Positions 1 through 9,516 are shown, numbered from the stretch's first letter. The stretch is 12,265 nucleotides of DNA from Kiritimatiellia bacterium (GCA_040767085.1 JAXGPF010000025.1:1-12265), one strand, 5' to 3'. The notes: generated by a model not told the origin, from the letters alone. Made by a program: numbers and translations.

Positions 1-18
1 CCGGTTTTTTCTTGGCAT
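1..18 (-). CDS. 5' end of a gene running off the left edge (MPRKNR...), possibly a Y1 HUH / REP-associated tyrosine transposase (RAYT-like)
   Basis: The minus strand from 18 reads ATG CCA AGA AAA AAC CGG. M[PA]RxxR is a common N-terminus of RAYT/Y1 transposases. A TATATT -10-like box (30-25) sits 6 nt before the ATG and there is no SD, which fits a leaderless transcript. Only 6 codons are visible. Confidence 0.3.
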
Positions 19-55
19 GATACGAATATAAGTGTTTACAACACAAAAAGCCCGC

Positions 56-81
56 AAAAAACACCTTTAAGGGCGTTTTTT
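56..81. terminator. Inverted repeat with A- and T-tracts (possible bidirectional terminator or protein-binding palindrome)
   Basis: AAAAAACACCTT-TA-AGGGCGTTTTTT pairs 56-67 with 70-81 (one mismatch, one G-T pair). It is nested inside AGCCCG (49-54) / CGGGCT (93-98). Confidence 0.4.
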
Positions 82-124
82 AATCATAATATCGGGCTAT
101 CCACCTATCAAACAACATCTTGCC

Positions 125-137
125 GCGGTCCGACCCC
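125..137. repeat. Short GC-rich imperfect palindrome, copy 1 (GCGGTCCGACCCC)
   Basis: 11/13 identical to GGGGACCGACCCC at 9492-9504, same orientation, both intergenic. It is followed directly by an ACCCCC-CATTC-GGGGGT hairpin (138-154). Confidence 0.4.
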
Positions 138-447
138 ACCCCCCATTCGGGGGTATGGAGTTGTGCTCAAGGCCGATCCACTTTACGACTCGCCGTCCCA
201 CCCGCTTGGCGCACCTGGTGGATTGCGCTCTTTGAGAAGTTGCTCAGCCCGTTTCCTCCTCTGAATCTCTACTGCAATGCAGTTGAAAAACTACAGGCTT
301 AACCAGTAAATATGGACATGAAAATCAACTGTCAACTGAATCGTTCCGGCTAAGATCATTTCCGAGGTCATTTTGCGACTCAATATTCGATAGGTCAACA
401 CTTTACAGTGTCGAATGCATGATCCATGATATTATAAGGCAACAAGC

Positions 448-476
448 TTGTATAAAGCCAGGTCTTTCTTTATAAT
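448..476 (+). promoter_or_regulatory. sigma70-type promoter of cgs
   Basis: TTGTAT (448-453), a 17-nt spacer, then a perfect TATAAT (471-476). Predicted TSS is about 483. Confidence 0.7.
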
Positions 477-501
477 GGCGATGACTATGATATACAAGAA
501 C

Positions 502-3500
502 ATGAAGATACCGCTTAAACAAATCGTTGTGCCGAAAGCAACCTCTCGGTTCCGGAAAGAATTTCCATCATTCTGGAATAAATTACGGCCACGCCTTGCG
601 CTGCCCCACGAACGCCCGCCGCGGCATGCCTCGTCCATGGAGGAGGAGATGAGTTTGCGCGCCGAATTGTTCGGCGTCAGCCAGCTCGAAAACCACGCGA
701 AATTCCTCGCTGCTGGACACCAGGCCGAGGTTCTGCGCGAACATGAACAACTGCTCCACCAGCTTGCGAAAAGCGAGCGCGGCATCCACCGCTGCCATCA
801 AACCATCGCCGACAGCGTCCGGCTGGGGCGGCGTATCGCGCCGGCGGCGGAATGGCTGCTGGACAACAACCACTTGATTCAGGAACAGATCGAACTGGCC
901 CGCGCCCATCTCCCCTCCGGTTACAGCCGGGAGCTTCCCCGCCTGATATCCGGACCGCGCAAAAGCTTCCCGCGCATCTACGATATCGTCCTGGAATTGG
1001 TCCGGCACACCGACGGCCAGATTGATCAGGAAAATCTCAGCCTGTTTCTCAAGGCCTATCAGGAATTACAACCGCTCAAATTGGGTGAACTCTGGGCCGT
1101 GCCCATCATGTTGCGCCTGACGCTGCTTGAGAACCTGCACATTGTCGCCCGGCGCATCGCCTGGCGGCGCAGCCAGCGCGATGCGGCGTTGTTATGGGCA
1201 GAACGCTTTCTGAAGGTGCTGAAAAACAATCCCCGCCAATTTGTCACCGTGCTGGGCGATTTCGTGAGGGCGGATCCGCCCTTGACGGCGCCATTCATCG
1301 CGGAGTTGATTTCCAACATCGACGGCGTGAATCCCTCGCTCGGCCTCGCGCTCAACTGGCTGGAGCAGGAATTATCGGACCGCGGCCAGACAATCGAGCG
1401 GATTCAACAAAGCGAAAACCAAGCCCAGGCGGCCAACCATGTCACTACCAGTAACAGCATCACCAGCATCCGGGCGCTGGCCGCCATCGACTGGCGCACT
1501 TTCGTCGAAACGCTCAGCGTTACCGACGCCGTGCTGCGCCGCGATCCGGCAGGTGTTTATCCGCGCATGGATTTCCAGACCCGCAACCGATATCGCAACC
1601 AGATTGAAAACCTGGCCCGTTTCAGCGGCCGGGCCGAAGTGGAAGTTGCGGAAACGGCCCTCGCCCTGGCCGCGGAACAGCAGCGTTCCGGGGCGGACCG
1701 GCGCGCCGGGCATGTGGGTTACTTCCTGATAGACGCCGGCCGGCCGGCGCTGGAGCGGAAAATCCAATGCCGGCCGCCGTTGCGCCAGCGCCTCGGCCGT
1801 TGGCTGGGGCGGCGGCCTCTGGCCCTGTATCTCTCGGCCATCGCCGCGATTTCCCTTTCGCTGGCGGCCATTCCACTGGCCTGCCGGCCGGCCGGAAGTT
1901 TCGGACTGGCAGCCGGCTGCTTGCTTGCCGCCGCCTGGGTGGCAATATCCACCCCCGCTATCACGCTGGTCAACTGGATCATCACCCTCGTGGTTCCGCC
2001 GCGTGTGTTGCCCAGCCTGGATTTCTCGAAAGACATCCCCTCCGACCAGCGCACCATCGTGGTTGTGCCAACACTGTTGGGCCCGCCGGAGGTCACCGCC
2101 CGGTTGCTGGATGATCTTGAAATCCGCTTCATGGCCAACAAGGCGCCGCACCTGTATTTCGCCTTGCTGACGGATTTCCCGGATGCGGATGCCGACACGC
2201 TGCCGGATGACTCCAAATGGCTGGCGACCGCCGTTCAAGGCGTACGGCGTTTGAACGAGTTGCATGCCCGGCATGGTGAAACAAAATTTTTCCTGCTGCA
2301 CCGCCCGCGGCGCTGGAATGCCAGGGAGGGTAAATGGATTGGCCATGAACGTAAACGGGGAAAGCTGGAGGATTTCAATCGCCTGGTCGTGGAAGGTCTG
2401 ACCGGAGCCTTTGCTGCGATCGAGGGAAATCCGGAGCTACTCCGCACGGTCCGCTATGTGATCACATTGGATGCCGACACACAGTTGCCTCCGGGGTCCG
2501 CCTGCCGGATGGCCGGCGCCATGGCGCATCTGCTCAACCGCCCGCAACTCGATCCAGCCACCCGCATCGTCACCAACGGCTATGGGGTGCTGCAACCGCG
2601 GCTGGCGGTCAGCCTCACGGCGGCGCAAAAGTCAATTTTTTCGCGGCTGTTTGCCGGCGAAGTCGGACTGGACCCTTATACACGGGAAGTCGCCAATGTC
2701 TATCATGACCTGTTTGGACAGGGACAATACGTGGGCAAGGGAATTTATGATGTCCAGGCGTTCCATGCGGCGACGGGCGGCCGTTTCCCCGAAAACCGCA
2801 TTCTGAGCCATGACTTGATCGAAGGCAACCATGCGCGCTGCGGATTCCTGAGCGATGTGGAACTGGTCGAGAGCGAACCCTCGCGTTATATCGCGGATGT
2901 CAACCGGCGGCATCGCTGGATACGCGGCGACTGGCAGATCGCCAGCTGGATATTCCCCAAGGCGCCCGGTCCCACCGGCCAGCTCATTCCCAATCCCCTG
3001 GGCGCCCTGGCGCGCTGGATGATCTTTGACAATCTGCGGCGCAGCCTGGCCCCGCCGGCAATGTTCATCACGCTGGCCGCCGCCTGCTTCCTCCACCCCG
3101 CGTCCATGGCGGGCTGGACGCTTGGGCTACTGGCGGCGTTCTTTTTGCCGGCGGCGGTCCGGACAACCGGCGCGTTTTTCCGCAAAGGCAGCCAGACGCC
3201 GCTGACGATTCATCTCCGCCATATCGCGGCCCTTGAAACCCGGCAATGGGCCATTGACCTGCTGTATCTCGCCTGCCTGCCATATCACAGCGTGATCTAC
3301 CTGGATGCAATCTTCCGCGTATTCTGGCGCCTGGGGGTACAACGCCGCCTTTTGGAATGGAAAACCGCCAGCCATAGCGAACGTACCGCCCGGATTTCTT
3401 TGCCGGACATTTTACGCGCAATGTGGACAAGTCCGGCGCTGGCGCTGACCTGCAGCACGGGGCTTGGCCCCCTGGTCACGCCCGACAACGCCATGTCCAT

Positions 3501-6500
3501 CCTGCTCTGCAGCGCATGGCTGACCGCGCCCCTGACTGCATGGTTCATCAGCCGGCCCCACGGCCGGCGCCGCGCCCTGCTGAAACCCGGCCAAAACGCC
3601 TTCCTCCGGAAACTGGCACGGCGGACCTGGGCCTACTTCGAACATTTCGCAGGCCCCGACCATAACTGGCTGCCGCCGGACAACTGCCAGGAAAACCCCG
3701 CGTACGTCATTGCGGAACGGACATCGCCAACCGACATCGGCCTGGCGCTGGGCGGCGGCCTGGCGGCTTATGACTTTGGATTCCTCACCGCAGGCCAGTT
3801 CATCTTCCGCACCGAAAACATGCTGACAGTGCTGGAGCGGCTCGAACGCTACCGCGGCCATTTCTACAACTGGTACAGCACCCAGACTTTGCAACCATTG
3901 CATCCGCTCTACATCTCCACGGTGGACAGCGGTAATCTGACCGGCATGTTGATTGTGATCCGGGAAGGACTCCTTGAGATGCTCCGCGCCCCCATCCTGC
4001 CCATCCACTGGAAGGCAGGACTGCTGGATACCGCCGGAATCATCCTGCAGGAAATCCAATCCGTCCAACAACTGCCCGACGGCGGCATCCCGCCGACCCA
4101 ATTGGCGAGTGCGGCAACCCGCCTCAGCGCCTGGATGGAAACCGTGCGGCAAACGCCGGTTTTACTGCGCGATATATTGCGCACCCTGGAGGCCAGCCGG
4201 GTGGAACTGCAGGAACTGGCGGCGGCGCTGGCCACGGATGAAACTCTCGCATTCTGGCGGGCAGCCCTGGAACGGCAATGCGCCGATCTGGCGGATGAAA
4301 TCCGCCTTTGCACGCCCTGGGCCGCAACGGACATCCGCGCCGCCCTGCCGGCGTCAGTTCCGGCCGGCAAGTCCGCCGTCATTTGGAAGGAGTTGCTGGA
4401 GGAAATGGAGTGCATCCCCGATCTGGCGGCCCTGGCAACCCTGCGGCATCGCTGGGAACCCCGGCTCGATCGGGACGCCGCCCCGCAATCCATCCGGCAG
4501 TGGCAACAGTGGCTCCAAACCGCCAGCGCCCGCGCCGCCGAACGCATCCAAGCCATCCAAAAAATCGCCAACCGCTGCGCGGAGATGAGCGAAAACGACC
4601 TGGATTTTCTGTACGACCACGACCGGCACCTGCTCAGCATTGGGTTCAATCTCAACACTCTCAAAAAAGATCCCGGCTACTACGACTTGCTGGCATCGGA
4701 ATCCCGTCTGGGCAGCTTCGTGGGCGTGGCGCGCGGGCAACTGCCGCTGGAGCATTGGTTCCATCTCGGCCGCCGGTTGGCGCCCGGCGGCGGCCAGCCG
4801 GTGCTGGCTTCCTGGAGCGGTTCGATGTTCGAATATCTCATGCCGCTGCTGGTGATGCCCACCTACCCCGGTACGCTTTTGCATGATACCTACGCGGGCG
4901 CCATCCGCCGCCAGATCCGCTACGCGCGGCAGTTCGGCATCCCCTGGGGGATTTCCGAATCCGGGTACAATCAGGTGGATACGCGCCATATCTATCAGTA
5001 CCGGGCCTTCGGGGTCCCGCTGCTGGGGATGAAGCGGGGACTCGCCGACGACCTGGTCATCGCGCCCTATGCCGGCGCCATGGCCTTGATGGTGGCCCCC
5101 CGGGCGGCCTTCCGGAACCTCGAAAGATTGTCCGCCAACGGCGGCGTTGGCCGCTTCGGTCTCTACGAAGCACTGGACTATACCCCATCCCGCGTGCAAG
5201 CGACTTCCGGTAAGCCCTTTGCCCTTGTCCAATCCTGGATGGCCCATCATAGCGGCATGACGCTGCTATCGCTCGATTATGCGCTCAACCACCAGCCGAT
5301 GCAACGGCGCTTCATGGCCGACCCCCGTTTGAAATCGGCACAACTGCTGATGCAGGAACGCATCCCGCTGGCGCGTCCGCATATCCGCGCCACCGCCGCC
5401 GTGGCGGAAACCGCCGGCGCCCGCCAGGAGCAGGTGTTTGAAGCCGTCACCCGGTCGTTTGCAACGGCCCAGACGCCGACCCCGGAAATCCACCTGCTTT
5501 CTAACGGCAACTACCATGTGATGATCACCAACAGCGGCAGCGGCTTCAGCCGGTGGCAGCGCCTGAGCTTGACCCGTTGGCGCGAGGATTCCGCGCTGGA
5601 CGAGCGGGGATTCTTTTTCTACCTGCGCGATGTGGATTCCGGCCAGGTCTGGTCCGCCACACATCAACCAATGGGAACGGTGTTTGACCGATACGAAGTT
5701 GTCTTTTCCCAGGGTAACGCGGAATTTCAAGCCGTGCTCCATCAAATCCACACCAATACTAATGTGGCTGTATGCCCGGAAGACGACATGGAATTGCGCC
5801 TGCTGACCATCAACAATCTTTCCCGGCGCGCCCGGACCATTGAAATCACGAGTTATGCCGAGGCGGTCCTGCTCGACGGTCAGGCCGAAGCCGCCCACCC
5901 GGCCTTCCAAAAGCTGTTCGTGCGGACGGAACCGGTACCCGGCAAAGCCGCCCTCCTGTTCACCCGCCGGCCGCGTTCCGCCGAGGAAAAACACCCCTGG
6001 ATGTTCCACACCATGCATATAACCGGCGGCGCCGCGCTCAGCGACGCCTCCTTTGAAACCGATCGGGCGGCGTTTATCGGACGCGGCCGTTCCGTGCGCA
6101 ATCCGGCCGCCCTCGACCGGCCCGGGCCGCTTCCCGACCGGGCGGGGCTGGTGTTGGATCCAGCCGCCGCCATCCGCTACCGGGTGCGGATCGAGGCCGG
6201 GCAATCCATCCGCGCACACGCGTTCCTTGGGGTGGCGCCGACCCGGGTGGCGGCGGAAACCTATCTGGATCGCTGCCGTGACCACCGCCTGGCCGACCGG
6301 GTTTTTTCACTGGCCTGGACGCGCAGCCAGGTGCTCCTTCACCAACTGCGCGCCAACGAAGCCGACGTGCAGCACTACACCCGCCTGGCCGGCTCCATCA
6401 TCTATGCGAGTCCCCACCGCCGCGGCCGCGCGAGCGTCATCACCCGCAACCATAAAAACCAGGCGGCGCTATGGAGCTACGGCGTGTCGGGCGACCGCCC

Positions 6501-9318
6501 CATCGTGTTGCTTTCCATAACCAATGCCGCCAACCTGGACATGGTCCGCAACCTGATCAAAGCCCATACCTACTGGCGGCAGAAAGGGATCGAGGTTGAT
6601 ATCATCATCTGGTCCGAGGCCTATGCCGGCTATCGGCAGAACCTGATGGACTCCATTATCGGACTGGTGCAGGCCGGCACCGAAGCCAAAACACTCGATC
6701 AGCCCGGCGGTATCTTTGTCCGCAATATTGACCAGGTGCCCGAGGACGACCGCACGCTCTTTCTGTCCGTCGCGCGGATCGTGCTCTCCGACCGGTACGG
6801 ATCCCTGGCCGAGCAAATTGACCGGCGGGTTTTTTCCGAAGTGGATATTCCGGATCTGATCCCCACCCGCCCGCCGGAAAAACCGGGGACCCACCCGGCC
6901 GGCCTCCCCGCCCGGGAATTGGAATTCTTTAACGGCTACGGCGGCTTCACCCATGACGGCCGGGAATATGTCATCCGCCTCGAAAAAGGCCGGACCACGC
7001 CGGCCCCCTGGGTCAACATACTCGCCAACCCGCAATTCGGGACGGTGGTGGGTGAAGCGGGCAGCGCCTATACCTGGAGCGAAAATGCCCACATGTTCCG
7101 ACTGACCCCCTGGCACAACGACGCCGTCAGCGATCCCAGTGGAGAGACGTTCTATATCCGCGATGAGGAATCCGGCCGATTCTGGTCGCCCACACCCCGC
7201 CCTGCCTTCGGCGAAACGCCTTATATCTGCCGGCACGGCCATGGGTATACGGTCTTCGAGCACGACCAGGACGGGTTATTCTCGGAAATGACCGCCTATG
7301 TGGCCATCGCCGCGCCCATCAAGTTTACCGCCATAAACATCCGCAACCACTCGGACAGGGTCCGCCATGTGAGCATTACCGGCTACTGCGAATGGGTGCT
7401 CGGCGAACGCCGCGAACAAAATGCCATGCATGTGGTCACCCACCTGGACCCGCAAAGCGGCGCAATCTTCGCCCAAAACAAGTTCAGCCTCGATTTCGCC
7501 AATCGCATCGCCTTCTTGCACGCCAGCGGCGCCGCGCGCACCTTGACGGCCGATCGCCTCGAGTTCATCGGCCGCAACGGGGCGCTGGCCGCCCCGGACG
7601 CCCTCCGGCGCGAACGCCTGTCCAACCGCGTTGGTGCCGCCATGGATCCCTGCGCCGCGATCATGGTCCCGTTCGAAATTCCACCCGGCGAACAGATTCA
7701 GGTGGTATTCACGCTGGGCGCCGCCAGCAGCGAGGAGGAAGCCCGCGGCCTGCTCCGCCAGCAGGGAGACGTGGGCGGCGCGCGCCAGGCGTTGGAAGAA
7801 GTCTGGCGGTTCTGGCAGCGGCAACTCGGGGGTATCTATGTCGAAACCCCCGATCATTCCGTCAATTTCCTAGTTAACCATTGGTTGCTCTATCAAATCC
7901 TTTCCGCGCGGTTCTGGGGGCGCAGCGGTTTCTACCAGTCCGGCGGCGCCTACGGATTCCGCGACCAATTGCAGGACTCGCTGGCGTTCCTGCACGAGTG
8001 CCCCTGGCTGACACGCCAGCACCTGCTGACCAGCGCCGGGCGCCAGTTTACCGATGGCGATGTGCAGCATTGGTGGCATCCGCCGGTCGGCCACGGCGTG
8101 CGCACGCGTATTTCGGACGACCTGCTGTGGCTGCCTTACGTCGCCTGCCGCTATACGAAGGCCACCGGTGATGCCGGCATCCTCGACGAGCCGGTTCCCT
8201 TCCTCGAAGGGCGCGCCCTCGCCATGGACGAGGAATCTGTCTATGACCAACCCCAGATTTCCGACAAGCAATCCACCCTCTACGAACACTGCGCGCGCGC
8301 CATCCGCCGCGCAATGCGATTCGGCGCGCATGGCCTGCCGCTGATGGGGTCCGGCGACTGGAACGACGGTATGAACCGCGTCGGCCACGAAGGCCGCGGC
8401 GAAAGCGTCTGGCTGGGATTCTTCCTGCATCGCGTTCTCCAGGATTTCGCGGCCGTGGCCGCCAGCCGGAACGATCATGCTTTTGCCGATGAATGCATCC
8501 AGGCGGCCACGAAACTCGCGGTTAATCTGGACGGCCAGGCTTGGGATGGCCAATGGTACCTGCGCGCCTTCTTCGACGATGGCACACCGCTAGGCTCCGC
8601 CCGGAATCCGGAATGTCGGATTGACTCGCTGCCCCAAAGCTGGGCGGTCCTCAGCGCCGCCGGCGACCCTGGCCGCGCCCGGACCGCCATGCGATCCGTG
8701 CTGGAGCATCTCGCCGACCCCCAACGTCAGCTCATACGTCTGTTCGATCCGCCCTTCGACACCGCCCCATGGGATCCCGGCTACATCAAAGGCTATGTCC
8801 CCGGCGTCCGCGAAAATGGCGGCCAGTACACCCATGCCGCCGTTTGGGTCGCCATGGCTTGCACCGCCCTGCGTCAGTCGGAGCAGGCCTGGTCACTCTT
8901 CCAGACGCTGAATCCCATCCGCCACGGCGACACGCCCGCGCGCGCGGATATTTACAAAATCGAACCGTATGTCCTCGCGGCCGACATCCACACGGCCAAA
9001 GGCCATGAGGGCGCCGGCGGTTGGAGCTGGTATACCGGATCCGCCGCCTGGCTCTACCAACTGCTGGTGGAAGGGCTGCTGGGGATTCACGTGGCAAACA
9101 ACTCGCTGTCCTTTACCCCGCTCTTTCCCGGGGACTGGAACGAGTTCAAGCTCACTTACCGCTTCCGGAACACCTTCTACCACATCCAGGTCAAAAAGTC
9201 GGGGCCCGCAACCGAAACCATCCGCCATGTCTGGCTCGATGGCGTCGAGCAGCCCGACCACCAAATTCACCTTATTGATGACGGGCAGGAGCGCCAGGCC
9301 TGCGTTGAAGTCGGCTGA
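502..9318 (+). CDS. ndvB: Cyclic beta-1,2-glucan synthase (GT84 + cyclization GH189/GH144-like + GH94 phosphorylase domains), 2938 aa from ATG502
   Basis: Family motifs seen: N-terminal LRAELF..QLE.HA, PAAEWLLDN, LxLGELWAVP; GT84 ERKRGKLE, ITLDADT (2461-2481), SHDLIEG, RRHRWIRGDWQ (2905-2937); TM segments; cyclization domain WLPPDN, YDLLASESRL (E at 4699), SWSGSMFEYLMP, WGISES (E at 4957); two GH94 N-terminal sandwich repeats (LLSNGNYHVMIT; TPAPWVNILAN); GH94 catalytic motifs GFRDQLQD, GSGDWNDG (8347-8370), GVRENGGQYTHAA, WYTGSAAW. Start 502 was chosen because TTG448 and ATG475 lie inside the promoter. ATG487, ATG637 and ATG649 are alternatives. Confidence 0.96.
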   Translation: MKIPLKQIVVPKATSRFRKEFPSFWNKLRPRLALPHERPPRHASSMEEEMSLRAELFGVSQLENHAKFLAAGHQAEVLREHEQLLHQLAKSERGIHRCHQTIADSVRLGRRIAPAAEWLLDNNHLIQEQIELARAHLPSGYSRELPRLISGPRKSFPRIYDIVLELVRHTDGQIDQENLSLFLKAYQELQPLKLGELWAVPIMLRLTLLENLHIVARRIAWRRSQRDAALLWAERFLKVLKNNPRQFVTVLGDFVRADPPLTAPFIAELISNIDGVNPSLGLALNWLEQELSDRGQTIERIQQSENQAQAANHVTTSNSITSIRALAAIDWRTFVETLSVTDAVLRRDPAGVYPRMDFQTRNRYRNQIENLARFSGRAEVEVAETALALAAEQQRSGADRRAGHVGYFLIDAGRPALERKIQCRPPLRQRLGRWLGRRPLALYLSAIAAISLSLAAIPLACRPAGSFGLAAGCLLAAAWVAISTPAITLVNWIITLVVPPRVLPSLDFSKDIPSDQRTIVVVPTLLGPPEVTARLLDDLEIRFMANKAPHLYFALLTDFPDADADTLPDDSKWLATAVQGVRRLNELHARHGETKFFLLHRPRRWNAREGKWIGHERKRGKLEDFNRLVVEGLTGAFAAIEGNPELLRTVRYVITLDADTQLPPGSACRMAGAMAHLLNRPQLDPATRIVTNGYGVLQPRLAVSLTAAQKSIFSRLFAGEVGLDPYTREVANVYHDLFGQGQYVGKGIYDVQAFHAATGGRFPENRILSHDLIEGNHARCGFLSDVELVESEPSRYIADVNRRHRWIRGDWQIASWIFPKAPGPTGQLIPNPLGALARWMIFDNLRRSLAPPAMFITLAAACFLHPASMAGWTLGLLAAFFLPAAVRTTGAFFRKGSQTPLTIHLRHIAALETRQWAIDLLYLACLPYHSVIYLDAIFRVFWRLGVQRRLLEWKTASHSERTARISLPDILRAMWTSPALALTCSTGLGPLVTPDNAMSILLCSAWLTAPLTAWFISRPHGRRRALLKPGQNAFLRKLARRTWAYFEHFAGPDHNWLPPDNCQENPAYVIAERTSPTDIGLALGGGLAAYDFGFLTAGQFIFRTENMLTVLERLERYRGHFYNWYSTQTLQPLHPLYISTVDSGNLTGMLIVIREGLLEMLRAPILPIHWKAGLLDTAGIILQEIQSVQQLPDGGIPPTQLASAATRLSAWMETVRQTPVLLRDILRTLEASRVELQELAAALATDETLAFWRAALERQCADLADEIRLCTPWAATDIRAALPASVPAGKSAVIWKELLEEMECIPDLAALATLRHRWEPRLDRDAAPQSIRQWQQWLQTASARAAERIQAIQKIANRCAEMSENDLDFLYDHDRHLLSIGFNLNTLKKDPGYYDLLASESRLGSFVGVARGQLPLEHWFHLGRRLAPGGGQPVLASWSGSMFEYLMPLLVMPTYPGTLLHDTYAGAIRRQIRYARQFGIPWGISESGYNQVDTRHIYQYRAFGVPLLGMKRGLADDLVIAPYAGAMALMVAPRAAFRNLERLSANGGVGRFGLYEALDYTPSRVQATSGKPFALVQSWMAHHSGMTLLSLDYALNHQPMQRRFMADPRLKSAQLLMQERIPLARPHIRATAAVAETAGARQEQVFEAVTRSFATAQTPTPEIHLLSNGNYHVMITNSGSGFSRWQRLSLTRWREDSALDERGFFFYLRDVDSGQVWSATHQPMGTVFDRYEVVFSQGNAEFQAVLHQIHTNTNVAVCPEDDMELRLLTINNLSRRARTIEITSYAEAVLLDGQAEAAHPAFQKLFVRTEPVPGKAALLFTRRPRSAEEKHPWMFHTMHITGGAALSDASFETDRAAFIGRGRSVRNPAALDRPGPLPDRAGLVLDPAAAIRYRVRIEAGQSIRAHAFLGVAPTRVAAETYLDRCRDHRLADRVFSLAWTRSQVLLHQLRANEADVQHYTRLAGSIIYASPHRRGRASVITRNHKNQAALWSYGVSGDRPIVLLSITNAANLDMVRNLIKAHTYWRQKGIEVDIIIWSEAYAGYRQNLMDSIIGLVQAGTEAKTLDQPGGIFVRNIDQVPEDDRTLFLSVARIVLSDRYGSLAEQIDRRVFSEVDIPDLIPTRPPEKPGTHPAGLPARELEFFNGYGGFTHDGREYVIRLEKGRTTPAPWVNILANPQFGTVVGEAGSAYTWSENAHMFRLTPWHNDAVSDPSGETFYIRDEESGRFWSPTPRPAFGETPYICRHGHGYTVFEHDQDGLFSEMTAYVAIAAPIKFTAINIRNHSDRVRHVSITGYCEWVLGERREQNAMHVVTHLDPQSGAIFAQNKFSLDFANRIAFLHASGAARTLTADRLEFIGRNGALAAPDALRRERLSNRVGAAMDPCAAIMVPFEIPPGEQIQVVFTLGAASSEEEARGLLRQQGDVGGARQALEEVWRFWQRQLGGIYVETPDHSVNFLVNHWLLYQILSARFWGRSGFYQSGGAYGFRDQLQDSLAFLHECPWLTRQHLLTSAGRQFTDGDVQHWWHPPVGHGVRTRISDDLLWLPYVACRYTKATGDAGILDEPVPFLEGRALAMDEESVYDQPQISDKQSTLYEHCARAIRRAMRFGAHGLPLMGSGDWNDGMNRVGHEGRGESVWLGFFLHRVLQDFAAVAASRNDHAFADECIQAATKLAVNLDGQAWDGQWYLRAFFDDGTPLGSARNPECRIDSLPQSWAVLSAAGDPGRARTAMRSVLEHLADPQRQLIRLFDPPFDTAPWDPGYIKGYVPGVRENGGQYTHAAVWVAMACTALRQSEQAWSLFQTLNPIRHGDTPARADIYKIEPYVLAADIHTAKGHEGAGGWSWYTGSAAWLYQLLVEGLLGIHVANNSLSFTPLFPGDWNEFKLTYRFRNTFYHIQVKKSGPATETIRHVWLDGVEQPDHQIHLIDDGQERQACVEVG

Positions 9319-9328
9319 ATTAGAGGAC

Positions 9329-9347
9329 GAGTAAGCCGCGATTACTC
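9329..9347. terminator. Weak hairpin just after the cgs stop codon
   Basis: GAGTAA-gccgcga-TTACTC, 10 nt after the TGA. There is no good U-tract. Confidence 0.25.
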
Positions 9348-9491
9348 ATTCTGAACACCATTTCTAGCATAACCGGCCGGGTATGTCATGCCAAACTTTT
9401 TGCCGTTCTTTCAATCCTGTCCTTCCCGTTAATCTGGTCTAAATTCACAATCCGTCCCGCCCACCATCTTCCCGCCCAGATTATCATTTTA

Positions 9492-9504
9492 GGGGACCGA
9501 CCCC
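9492..9504. repeat. Short GC-rich imperfect palindrome, copy 2 (GGGGACCGACCCC)
   Basis: GGGG-ACCGA-CCCC lies 12 nt past the stop codon of the last cassette-like gene and matches 125-137. Confidence 0.4.
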
Positions 9505-9516
9505 GCGCGCGCCCTT

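Noticed and set aside
120-302. 60-aa + strand ORF starting at TTG
   Set aside because: No SD and no family motif, and it overlaps hairpins and the repeat motif.
5470-7750. Internal duplication in cgs (two similar beta-sandwich regions with DRxxFIGR and LDP/MDP motifs)
   Set aside because: This is the normal tandem GH94 N-terminal domain architecture of Cgs/NdvB proteins, so it is not novel.
432-9334. Dozens of alternative-frame and antisense ORFs (up to 339 aa) overlapping cgs
   Set aside because: These are shadow ORFs expected in a GC-rich coding region. They show no recognisable motifs and are mostly Arg/Pro/Ala/Gly-rich.
12-9394. TTGGCATGA at 12-20 and inverted at 9394-9386 as possible terminal inverted repeats or sigma54 -24 boxes
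   Set aside because: Only 9 bp match, no target duplication is visible, and neither copy has a TTGC -12 element.
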